Source: Antedon mediterranea
Lineage: Eukaryota; Animalia; Echinodermata
DNA length: 64,000 nucleotides
Assembly (NCBI RefSeq): GCF_964355755.1
Contig: NC_092670.1
Location: 35,514,388 to 35,578,387 of the forward strand
Direction of reading: 5' to 3'
The position numbers and the translations under genes are program-made. The notes under the pieces were generated by a model that worked only from the letters and a program-made list of their open reading frames with translations, was not told where the DNA came from and did no database searches. How positions within the stretch are numbered: position 1 is the first letter of the stretch; each line of letters opens with the position of its first letter. Below, piece by piece: positions 11,101 through 22,367 of this stretch.

Positions 11101-14100
11101 ACGATAGTAGTGCTCATGGTCGTTAGTTCCCCACTTTGGCTTATTTGAGTGCACAAGTTTAATACCTGCTGTCGCATAAGCTACCTTTTATTTACGTACT
11201 CTGAATAATGTGCCTTAGCTGAAGTGTACATCAACACTCGCTTAGCCCACATCTATTCTATACCAGTACTGTGCAACTACTAATCTAAACCTGTGGTATA
11301 ACATTCTATCCTGCTAATTTGCATAACAAGTGGTACCGTGTGCGCAGGTGAGCATCCAATCAGAGACTGCCATTTGTTACATACATACAGAAAAGTGTTC
11401 TACACTAATTAACTTGTATTGTAACAAGGGTGTAATGTAACTGAAAAACATAAATCTATTTTGTAGAACTTATTTTCTACCCATTACATTTTCTTACGGT
11501 TATTATACAAAAATCTGTTTACAGGCCGTATGTTGTAGTGATGGTCTCCATTGCTGTCCAAGTGGCTACACATGTGATGTCTCGGCAGGCACCTGTGCAA
11601 AGGGTGCACTCACTGTACCATGGCTAGAAAAAACTGAAGCCAAGTCTGTTATGCTTGAGAATGTCCAGTGCGATTCAACCCATTACTGTCCAGATGGCTC
11701 AACTTGTTGTAAACTAAGCAGTGGTCAGTATGGTTGCTGTCCAATTCCAAATGTAAGTTTATATTTTCATCTTCTCGCATCAAACATTTATTTCTTCAAA
11801 TTATAATATAAAATCGTGAGTAAGAGTACATCAAATTGAGATAAATCCTTTATCAATAGTTTTTGTGAAATGTAATATTCATTTACTGTCTTTGTTTCAG
11901 GCTGTCTGTTGCAGTGATGGTCAGCATTGCTGTCCAAGTGGCTACACATGTGATGTCTCAGGAGGCACTTGTACAAGAGGTGCCCTCACTGTACCGTGGT
12001 TAGAAAAGACTGAAGCAAGATCTACTACTTTGGAATCTGTAGTATGTCCAGATGGTCAGTCTCAATGTCCAGATGGCAATACTTGTTGTAAACTAAGCAG
12101 TGGTCAATATGGATGCTGTCCACTTCAAAGCGTAAGATAACTTAGCATTTTTAAATTAAAACTTATTCAATACAATTTTCAATTGTTGCAAGACTGTTAG
12201 TATACGTTAATTTGTATTTTTAGGCCATATGTTGTAGTGATGGTCTCCATTGCTGTCCAAGTGGCTACACATGTGATGTCTCGGCAGGCACCTGTACAAA
12301 GGGTGCACTGACGGTCCCATGGCTAGAAAAAACTGAAGCCAAATCTATTAAACTTGAAGCCGTTATGTGTCCTGATGGTCAGTCTCAGTGTCCAGATGGC
12401 AATACCTGTTGTAAACTAAGCAGTGGTCAATATGGATGCTGTCCACTTCAAAGCGTAAGATAACTTAGCATTTTTAAATTAAAACTTATTCAATACAATT
12501 TTCAATTGTTGCAAGACTGTTAGTATACGTTAATTTGTATTTTTAGGCCGTATGTTGTAGTGATGGTCTCCATTGCTGTCCAAGTGGCTACACATGTGAT
12601 GTCTCGGCAGGCACCTGTGCAAAGGGTGCACTCACTGTACCTTGGGTAGAAAAAACTGAAGCCAAATCTATTAAACTTGAAGCCGTTATGTGTCCTGATG
12701 GTCAGTCGCAATGTCCAGATGGCAATACCTGTTGTAAACTAAGCAGTGGTCAATATGGATGCTGTCCACTTCAAAGCGTAAGATAACTTAGCATTTTTAA
12801 ATTAAAACTTATTCAATACAATTTTCAATTGTTGTAAGACTGTTAGTTATGTTAATTTGTATTTTTAGGCCGTATGTTGTAGTGATGGTCTCCATTGCTG
12901 TCCAAGTGGCTACACATGTGATGTCTCAGCAGGCACCTGTGCAAAGGGTGCACTCACTGTACCTTGGGTAGAAAAAACTGAAGCCAAATCTATTAAACTT
13001 GAAGCCGTTATGTGTCCTGATGGTCAGTCGCAATGTCCAGATGGCAATACTTGTTGTAAACTAAGCAGTGGTCAATATGGATGCTGTCCACTTCAAAGCG
13101 TAAGATAACTTAGCATTTTTAAATTAAAACTTATTCAATACAATTTTCAATAGACACGTTTCGCGCTCGCGACCAATCAGAAATAGTGGGTATAGATTTG
13201 TAAACAAACCGAACACCTCTCGCCTAGTGCGTGTTGAAGAATAGCGAAATGGCGACTGCCGAGTGCTTTTGTTGCAAGGTACATCATAAATGTTGCATAT
13301 GTTGGATAAATCGTGAATTTAACTACACAAAATCACTGAATAATATTCCTGTTTTTAATTTTCAAACACTTGCTGAGTGGTTTGCGTCGGCTCCGAAGGA
13401 TAGTGGCGCAAAATCTTGGAAATTTTTTAAGGACAGTACGTCCACGATGTGCTCGTGGCTCTCCGCCCGCCCGGTGGCGTTGCCTGATGCGGTACTTCGT
13501 CTACTAAGCCTAGGAGGCTTGGGTGTCTGTTTAAGCGCCGAAGAACATCACATAATACATGGAAGATGCAATAGGAGCATGAAGAAGAATGAAAGATAAT
13601 AATTAATATATTTACGCAACATTTGTAAATAAAATCAACAGTTAACATGTATTAAATGCACTGATGTAGTGTAATACTAATAATATATATATGTGTCAAA
13701 CCAAAAATGACAATACATAAATAAAGTCGATGATTCCGAACCAAATGCCCAAATAATTCTACAGTGAATATAAAACATAAGTTTAGAAAATAAATAACAT
13801 CCTTACCATGCCATTCCATCAAAAGGCTAGTTTTGACGATTGCTTTTTAAGATGATCATCTCTCAGTTCTCCCATGCTTTAACATACCTCTCGCTGTGTT
13901 TGTTTACCATTGTATACCCACTAAAAGGTCAAACTGACGGTGACCTCGCGACCGCGAAACGTGTCTATTGTTGCAAGACTGTTAGTATACGTTAATTTGT
14001 ATTTTTAGGCCGTATGTTGTAGTGATGGTCTCCATTGTTGTCCAAGTGGCTACACATGTGATGTCTCAGCAGGCACCTGTGCAAAGGGTGCACTCACTGT

Positions 14101-16830
14101 ACCTTGGGTAGAAAAAACTGAAGCCAAATCTATTAAACTTGAAGCCGTTATGTGTCCTGATGGTCAGTCGCAATGTCCAGATGGCAATACCTGTTGTAAA
14201 CTAAGCAGTGGTCAATATGGATGCTGTCCACTTCAAAGCGTAAGATAACTTAGCATTTTTAAATTAAAACTTATTCAATACAATTTTCAATTGTTGTAAG
14301 ACTGTTAGTATACGTTAATTTGTATTTTTAGGCCGTATGTTGTAGTGATGGTCTCCATTGCTGTCCAAGTGGCTACACATGTGATGTCTCGGCAGGCACC
14401 TGTGCAAAAGGTGCCCTCACTGTACCATGGCTAGAAAAAACTGAAGCAATATCTATTAAACTTGAAGCCGTTATGTGTCCTGATGGTCAGTCGCAATGTC
14501 CAGATGGGAATACTTGTTGTAAACTAAGCAGTGGTCAATATGGATGCTGTCCACTTCCAAAAGTAAGATACTGTCTTTAGATTTTAACTTATTTTCTACC
14601 CCATTACATTTCGTTAAGGTTATTATACAAAATTCTTTTTACAGGCCGTATGTTGTAGTGATGGTCTCCATTGCTGTCCAAGTGGCTACACATGTGATGT
14701 CTCAGGAGGCACCTGTACAAAGGGTACACTCACTGTACCTTGGGTAGAAAAAACTGAAGCCAAGTCACTAAATCTGAAATCCGTAACATGTCCTGATGGC
14801 CAGTCTCAATGTCCTGATAATCATACATGCTGTGAACTTACTACTGGTCAATATGGATGTTGTCCACTACCAAATGTAAGAAACGATATATTTATAATCC
14901 TCTATCATGCCTCTTATCTTAAAACATGATTCTTTTCTCTATTTTGTACCATTCTGGAACAGTAGGTTGGGTTTAAGGGTATGTTCAGATCCATGGAATT
15001 ATGCTTTCGTATCGCAAGCAATGTTATATTATAATTAGCGTCGTAACAGCCAAGTGTTCAGATTTGAGCAAACATCTGGTATTCGGGAGTAAATTGATTG
15101 GTTAAAGGTAAAAATCATGCATGACTTTCGTATTTTAAGCGTTGAGCTGTTTTAACGAACGAAAGATCAGTGTCGTAAGAGGTGGCTTCCACGAATCTTT
15201 TCCTGATTCAGACCCGTACACTTCGTACAATACAAAAGCATAAATCAGTAGGTCTGAACAGGCCCTTAGAGGCATATCGATATGGAAATGGATTGGTATA
15301 AGGTCAAACTAGGCTGGTGTGTGTGACGGCGCTGCACTGTGGCAATCAGGTTGATTTATACAGTATTTGTCTGAAACCCAATAAATACTATCGTATCGTT
15401 AGCTGACAACTTTCATGTTACAAAAGTTACTTATCCATTATGAATTTGTAAAACAATTGTTATTCATTTTAATCTTAGGCCCAATGCTGCAGCGATGGCC
15501 AGCATTGTTGTCCAAAGGGATACAGCTGCGACAGCATTACAGCGACATGTCTCAAAGGCCTTCACACTGTACCATGGGTGTCTAAACAGCCTGCAAGTTT
15601 AAGAAACGTGATTTGTCCTGGTGGAAGAGCAGAGTGTGATACTGGGAATACATGTTGTAAACTCTCTAGTGGTGAATATGGGTGCTGCCCATTACCAAAG
15701 GTAATAATAATTATATCGAAATACTATTGAGCCAGTATGAGGCAGCCAGTATAGTTGCCTTCTATGAAAAATTCAATTTATATTAATAAGTAATAAATAA
15801 TTATTAACTTCTCGCCCATAAAATAGTAGGCCTGACTATTTTGAAGGCACGGGTGCTGTTTACCATACCTTAAGAGCCAAAAATATTGTCATGGGGTAGA
15901 GTCCGACTCGCTTCTAGTTTTGGTAGTGGAACAAGTCTTCTCGGATAAGGACTATAAACCATAGGTCAACAAGTGTACACAGTTATAAAATGTGTGCACA
16001 TTAAAGAACCAAGTTCATCATTCAAGATGAGTAGGTGGTTACCTCGGTAAACTGCTATTACTATTGGTAATCCTTGACCATGTGCCTTAAAAAATGAATT
16101 ATTAAATTAAATTGTTTCTGAAGGCTGTATGCTGTAGTGATAAGCTCCACTGTTGCCCAGAAGGACAGACTTGTGACACTAGTGAAGGAAAGTGCTTAAA
16201 TGGTGACCAGAGTACACCATGGCTTACAAAGACAGCTGCTAGACCTGTCACTGATATACAAGCTATTGTCTGCCCTGATGGACGTTCACAGTGCCCAAAT
16301 GGAAATACCTGCTGTGCGTCTAGGATTGGAACATGGTTATGCTGCCCTCTACGCAATGTAAGTATTTTTTTAGCTGCCATAAATCAAATTAATACTGACT
16401 AAAAAAGTTGCCATTTCTTTAAAGAGGTATTGTCTCCCAAAAACATGAAAAATGAAGATTAAATCAGAATTTGAATAGGTTATTTTGTAGTTTTAAATAA
16501 TCACTTTCGTAGGAAAAAAAACCAAAAACACTAATAAAGTAACATAATACAGTATATGGTAAATTCAACCAAAAATCCATTGGCTGGCAGCAAATTTTTG
16601 CTTTAAATAATTTTTTTCAGGTAAATAAATTTTGTTTAGATCCAATTTTAAATAATTATTATATATGACAATACATCTTTATTAATCATTTTTATTAATC
16701 ATTTTTATAGGCCGTTTGCTGTTCCGACGGCGTAAACTGTTGCCCATCTGGCTACACATGTAATGTGGTGCAAGGAACGTGTGTACGACAATCGGATATT
16801 GCAGAACTAATTTCTTTAATAAGTAATTAA
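5172..16830 (+). CDS. GRN: Progranulin (granulin precursor), 19 coding exons, about 1329 aa, signal peptide plus 17 granulin modules
   Basis: Exons, all phase 0 and GT-AG: 5172-5348, 5867-6094, 7180-7347, 8320-8505, 8937-9038, 9563-9811, 9944-10177, 10302-10526, 11525-11752, 11901-12131, 12224-12454, 12547-12777, 12869-13099, 14009-14239, 14332-14562, 14645-14875, 15479-15700, 16124-16357, 16711-16830 (3990 nt). Signal peptide MIFLMVLALLASVHA. The granulin motif C-C-CC-CC-CC-CC-C-C repeats throughout (e.g. CPDGQSQCPDGNTCCKLSSGQYGCCP..AVCCSDGLHCCPSGYTC). Confidence 0.95.
6335..6675 (+). mobile_element. tRNA-derived SINE, family 2
   Basis: Head GGAGTTGTGGCTTGGTGGTTA (A box) and GGGTTCATGTCC (B-box-like). 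Related heads lie on the minus strand at about 31330-31442 and 34545-34640. Confidence 0.55.
8528..8630. mobile_element. Partial MITE family C (TIR GCCAATTTACACAGACGAGCGGTAACGG)
   Basis: Matches the copies at 39958-40130 and 45876-46047. Confidence 0.55.
10725..10961 (+). mobile_element. tRNA-derived SINE with a Deu/Nin-like central domain, internally deleted
   Basis: A box TGGCCGAGCGG and B box GGTTCGAGGC, then TCGGATAAGGACTATAAACCGTAGGTCC...GCACTTTAAAGAACC, which resembles the DeuSINE core. Ends in a (CAAT)n tail. Confidence 0.75.
11901..14562 (+). repeat. Tandem array of about 323-bp units (231-bp granulin exon plus 91-92-bp intron)
   Basis: Exon starts at 11901, 12224, 12547, 12869, (insertion), 14009 and 14332. 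The introns GTAAGATAACTTAGCATTTTTAAATT...TTTGTATTTTTAG are almost identical. Confidence 0.95.
13152..13966. mobile_element. 815-bp non-autonomous DNA transposon with 21-bp TIR and AT target duplication (ISL2EU-like)
   Basis: TIR AGACACGTTTCGCG(C/G)TCGCGA at both ends. Sister introns show the empty site TTTTCAATTGTTG. A subterminal inverted repeat TAGTGGGTATA.....GTAAACAAAC is also present. Confidence 0.85.
14977..15265. mobile_element. MITE with GGG(T/C)..TGTTCAGA TIRs (Harbinger-like)
   Basis: Left end GGGTATGTTCAGATCCATGGAATTATGCTTT; right end (reverse complement) GGGCCTGTTCAGACCTACTGATTTATGCTTT. Flanked by TAA and TTA. Confidence 0.6.
15885..16050 (+). mobile_element. Degraded copy of the Deu-domain tRNA-SINE
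   Basis: CTCGGATAAGGACTATAAACC.TAGGTC and GTGTGCAC.TTAAAGAACC are shared with 10838-10905. Confidence 0.7.
16423..16678. mobile_element. MITE family B (Kolobok-like)
   Basis: TTAA|AGAGGTATTGTC ... GACAATACATCT, with the internal AACCAAAAATCCATTGGCTGGCAGC shared across the family. Confidence 0.65.
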
Positions 16831-17344
16831 TACAACTCTCTACATTCCTAACATTTTGGAGCTAATATTTAAAATAAATTGTTAAAGCAATAGATATGTC
16901 GTAATCCTGATGTGCTACGTGTAAATGCAAAATAAATTTGGTGATTTACTAAAAATTAGTTTTGTCTTGAAATGACTTGACATATATAGGTGTACATTAG
17001 GCTTGAAGTATCATTGTTGCAATAGGCCTTATACATATTGACAGCTGACTAGACAAAAAAAAATTATATTTAGCAATTTTTATGCCCAAGATTTATATTT
17101 CCTAGTTTTTGATAAGTGTGTTAGTTTGTATGGGTCCAACCGACCAGGGTTTTTCTATTTAAAAACTTAAACCAGAGCTCTGTAATAGAATTTTTACATA
17201 TCTGTTCAGACAGTTAAAATATCAATGTTTTGTACAAATTAGGTTTATAAAATCATGTTCAAATTATTTTGTTGTCGGAATTGTTAATTGGAATAAACGG
17301 GCAGAGCAATAATTTTGTAAAAGCCCATAGATCACACACGTTTC

Positions 17345-17900
17345 TGGTTATGTCATTTATTTATTTTTTTATTTCAACAATATTTTATGCGGGTGGTCCA
17401 TCCAGCCGAAGCTGATCATTAGGGACCCTCACAAAATACGACGAGACATAAACATGTAACAATAAAAATTAAAATAAAAATAATTTATAAAGATAAAATA
17501 AAAATAAATAAAATAATAGGAAAAGGAAGCAACTAAACAAGAAGATGGTTTGATAGTATGGAACGCCAAGGACCAAATTGTTTCAAAATAGAAATATTGA
17601 GCCACTAAACTTAGTTACTTATCCACTGCATAATTTAATGTCGAATATTTCATCAAATTTGAATCCAGCAAAATCCGCGAATAGAAAGTGCATTTTAATA
17701 GACTAAATACATACATTACCGGAATGCAGATAATTTTCTCCGGACATGATCGTAAATTACGGTGCCATCGTAACTTACACAATTGCATCGTAAACTTGAA
17801 ACCGTAAATTAAAGAATAATAAACATGTTTACAGAGCGTTTTACTTGACATGAGTATTGGGTCTGTTACAGTTAGAAAGAAACCGTTTTGGGTGATATCG
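17345..17900 (-). mobile_element. Degraded 3' end of a CR1/L2-group LINE
   Basis: The minus-strand peptide contains VYYSLIY, typical of the post-RT region of L2/CR1-group ORF2. An A-rich tail and a hairpin-like 3' UTR lie near 17360-17430. Confidence 0.4.
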
Positions 17901-20747
17901 TCTGGGAAGTGCAGTATTAGCGGGGGCGGATTTCAAGGCGTGGAAACCGGCCCGGGCCCCCTCTAAATTTCACAAATTTTAATGCAAAAGATAGGACGTC
18001 AAAATTCACTACGTTTAGTACTGTTCTGGCCCCTCTTCCCCCTCCAAATCTCCGACATCTATAAAAATGATACTTTTTGGAAACTAAGATCAACTTCGAG
18101 AATATTTATTACGGGTTTTTAGTTTGGAAACCAAAATCTTCATCTGTCGCAAAAACCACACAAAGCGTACATAATATTTACTTTAAATATACGTTTTCAA
18201 TCCATTATTTTAATTCATAGAAACTGAATTAACGTGGAATCCGGAAGTTATGTTTAATTATAACAACTCGACACGACACATATATTAAACTGTTTGTTTG
18301 GTGTCAGCCATAGAACAAACATATGTACCAAAATGAAAAATGCAAGTTGAAAATCTTGCTGAGACGAAATGATTGACATGACGCATTTACGGATTCAACC
18401 TAAAGTTATGACATCCAAGTGCTAACAAAACGAGAAGTGATTGCATCCGTTCTAAGGAAAACAAGAACCGGAGCCTGATCCAAGTGTTTAACGTCGACTC
18501 CCCGTCGCGGACCACTCCCGTTTCAGCCAACCACGTACGTCCCCGACTTGACACGTCACTGGTTATGCGGTCTGCACATCACCAGGACCAGTCAGTTAGG
18601 TCGCTTAGCTATGCAAACATTATTCTTGTGTGTTAAGCCTATTGGGAGGCAATCAGTGCTACTCGGTGGTCTTGAGCAGGAATACTGATGGGCAGATGTA
18701 GACAAACCTACATTACAGGTCCGTCTTTATCGCAGCGGTATTGTTGCTATACCCGTCACGTGTCGAATTAGTCACACTGAGATACAATGTACTGACAATT
18801 TATTCCTAGCTATACCGTTAACATGAGAGAAATTTCGAAAAATCGAAAAAATATATATATTATTTTCATGTTTAAAAAAACATGAACATACTACTTTTTT
18901 GTGTCCATTTTTCGTCAAAAAACCCCGATGACTTGGCTCATGACGTACGTCTATGCCCTATATAAATCTTAAATAAAGGTCGTTATTTTTTTTGTTTTGC
19001 CTTTTAACTAAGCTATTGGTTATCAATAAGGGACTTTTTGAAACACCTCAAAATAGGGCTACCATATTCACGTGTAAGTCCTAGCATTTCGTACGGCAGT
19101 ATCGAAAGTTTTATCAATATGAATTTGTGGTTTAAATATTATGTACAGTATTCAAGGGAACAATTAGAAAACGACCCCATGAACCAGCAAAGTCTCCACT
19201 GAATAGGGATTGGTCGTATTAGTGTTAAAACATATTTCCCTTCGTTCACTTCACGGTAAAATGTCCTCTTTTTAGGTGGTGTGTGTCCCTTTCCCCCTCA
19301 CAACAGAGGGTTTTACTGAAGATGCGCTAATTTTTCTATTTATAAGCGCGTCGTATATTTCACCCCTCCCTGAAATATTCTACGTGAACTGGCATACTTT
19401 GGAGTTCATTGGTGACACCATGTCATCAGTGATGAATTTATGGATCCGGTTAATAGACGTTGACAAATTGACATGACTGACAGTTAACGACTGCTGAGAG
19501 TCTAGATATCCCGTTGCTATGAACTTAAGCTATTCGAACGTACGTCGTTTTTATAGCCTTAAGAACAGACTACCACAAGAGAACTTTATTACACATGTTA
19601 TGTTATGGCATGGTAGACCTGAACTCATAAGCTGCACGTAATATGAAACAGCTTGTCACTATTAAAAACACAATGATTTTATGTCAACCCGTTCATCACC
19701 AACATCAGCACATAGGCCTAATGTCATTTAGGCCCGCAGTATGGTTAGATGCAATATTTTACACATTAGCACGTTTTATAGCGCAACATAACCCTTTCCA
19801 CCCCATTCCATTCTTTTTAACTTTTCCTCTATTTTTTACGTTCGTAAAAATGAAAGTAAAAACAAACATGAAAGTCCCAGTGGTCTAATATAATGGTTAG
19901 GACATCTGCATATCAAACAGAAAGTTTGGGTTCGGTTGTGTCGAATTTTTTATCATTCTCACAGATTTTCTCATCTTATCGTTTTAATTTAATTATTTAA
20001 ATTTCAGTATGTCAGTGGTGTTTATATTATTGTTATATTTTTGGGGGGTTATGGGTTTTATGTGACAAGCATTTTCTTCTTGTAAAATCCACTGTTAGGC
20101 TTAATGGTATTTTCTTGATTTAGTTGTTGTTATTATATGCACCAATTATAAAAATAAATGTTAATAATAAATGAAATTATATTTTCTGCAGCTGTCACTA
20201 AGGAGATGTTAACTGACTATTGACAGTCATCTACATACGAGTCTGTAGCGTTATTCACCAATCACTCTAATACCCCTTCCCCACCAAACCTCGCAGTGAT
20301 CTCCAGCGACACCCTGACCATTCAAATGCCGAGAAACTCCGGAGATACCCCATTCGCATCAACCTAGCAACACCGAAGAACATTCAGCTGTTCAACCCCG
20401 GTGTTTTGAACTCCGGAGTTCATAAATAATTAAGCATTTCCTTTAAATTGTATTCTCAGATAAATATTTGTGTGTTTCCCCTGGCCGGAGTGTAAATGGT
20501 GAATACGGCCATACACTGGTGAAGTACCGTACCCAATGGAGAGGTACTTATGCACGTTAAAATGTGAATGGGTGCCGAGGGGGAGGCCACTATAGCACGT
20601 AGAGAGTGTTGGCGCTATACCAAACATTAGACCCATGCTAATAGCACGGGTATAGGGTTGGCGCTATAGTATATGAACTGATGGTTTATGCATTTAATCA
20701 TGGAAGAACTTTCCCTGGTTAAATATTCCAAACGGATGTGTTTTAAA

Positions 20748-20881
20748 CAACAAAAAAAGTGTGATGTGCATGCTCAAATATGGTAGTGGTATACCCAAAT
20801 ATGGTAGTGATATGACATCATCATGTCCATGTATGGTGTCACATCACTTGTTTTGTCACATTTGATAGTGTAGACAGAGCT
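20748..20881. mobile_element. MITE family A, partial copy
   Basis: Right TIR TTTGATAGTGTAGACAGAGCT plus the 21-bp internal repeats. Confidence 0.65.
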
Positions 20882-21120
20882 TACTGTTTACTGTTTAGTC
20901 ATCTCCTAAACGGTATAAACATGTTCGATGTAAACCAGCAAATTAAAAAAGCACAAATATCACATTTTTCTTTCAATAATATTCTCTATTATTTCTCATT
21001 AAAATAAGTATATACAGTACAAGAGAAACAATTGATTGGATCACATATTACATTTCTACAGTAATTATATAGATTTCTTTCAATTATTTTTGTTCGAATT
21101 ACTGATACCCCTTTCACGTT

Positions 21121-21800
21121 GTTTCACACACGGCCAACGTAGTGTACGCCTATTGTGCGTTCAAACTTCGGAGTTTCACACACGGTCAACGTAGTGTACG
21201 CCTATTGTGTGTTCAAACTTCAGAGTTTCACACATGGTCAACGTAGTGTACGCCTATTGTGTGTTCAAACTTCGGAGTTTCACACACGGTCAACGAAGTG
21301 TACGCCTCCTAGCGCCTATTGTGCGTTCAAACATGGGAGTTTCACACACGGTCAACATAGTGTAGGCCTATTGTGTGCTCAAACTTCGGAGTTTCACACA
21401 CGGTCAACGTAGTGTACGCCTATTGTGCGTTCAAACTTGGGAGTTTCACACACGCTCAACATAGTGTAGGCCTATTGTGTGTTCAAACTTGGGAGTTTCA
21501 CATACGGTCAACGTAGTGTACGCCTATTGTGTGTTCAAACTTCGGAGTTTCACACACGCTCAACATAGTGTAGGCCTATTGTGTGTTCAAACTTCGGAGT
21601 TTCACACACGGTCAACGTAGTGTACGCCTATTGTGCGTTCAAACTTGGGAGTTTCACACACGCTCAACATAGTGTAGGCATATTGTGTGTTCAAACTTGG
21701 GAGTTTCACACACGGTCAACGTAGTGTACGCCTATTGTGTGTTCAAACTTCGGAATTTCACACACGCTCAACATAGTTTAGGTCTATTTTGTGTTCAAAC
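21121..21800. repeat. 52-bp minisatellite, about 13 copies
   Basis: Unit GTTTCACACACGGTCAACGTAGTGTACGCCTATTGTGTGTTCAAACTTCGGA. Confidence 0.95.
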
Positions 21801-22367
21801 GTCAAATGTTTTGTGGGCATCAGTGCAAGTAGCCCAATCATGTGGGCCTTCTTTATCATGTTTAATGTTCTATAAACTCGTGCTCAATTCAGTCAACGAT
21901 TAATTTGTACCTTTTCTATAATTTACATAATAGTCTGATATATACAACTATACATACAATTGCTTAAAGCGTGTATATTTATAATAAAGTACGAAATATA
22001 ATAATAATAATAATAATATACTTTTTATAATTGATAAAAATATCAACAATTTATATTTTAGCCTTGCTTAGCAAGATTTGTGAAAGATATATAATACAAC
22101 TGATGACGACTCTTGGGATTTCCAGCTGTTTTCTTCTCCAACAACGAAAGACTTTATTTCATCACAGATTTCATCGTCTTCGCTGTTCGTATATTAATAT
22201 TCCTCTTATTAAAATAGTCCAATACACAAATAGCCGATTTGCCTTTAAGACCACATCGGTGTAGTTCGAGTTCACACGTCGTCGTCGCCGAGCAACGTTT
22301 TTATCGTTCGAGTTGTTTCGGACACACACTTCGTCAACTTTGTGGAATCAAATACAAGGCTAACGTG

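Noticed and set aside
13231-13599. 122-aa ORF as a host gene
   Set aside because: It lies inside the 815-bp transposon and has no recognisable domain; at most a remnant of a transposon gene.
19876-19945. tRNA-like sequence (AGTGGTCTAA...GGGTTCG)
   Set aside because: Too degenerate, with no acceptor stem; probably a decayed SINE head.
21155-21903. ORFs 21155-21412 and 21685-21903
   Set aside because: They are read-throughs of the 52-bp minisatellite.
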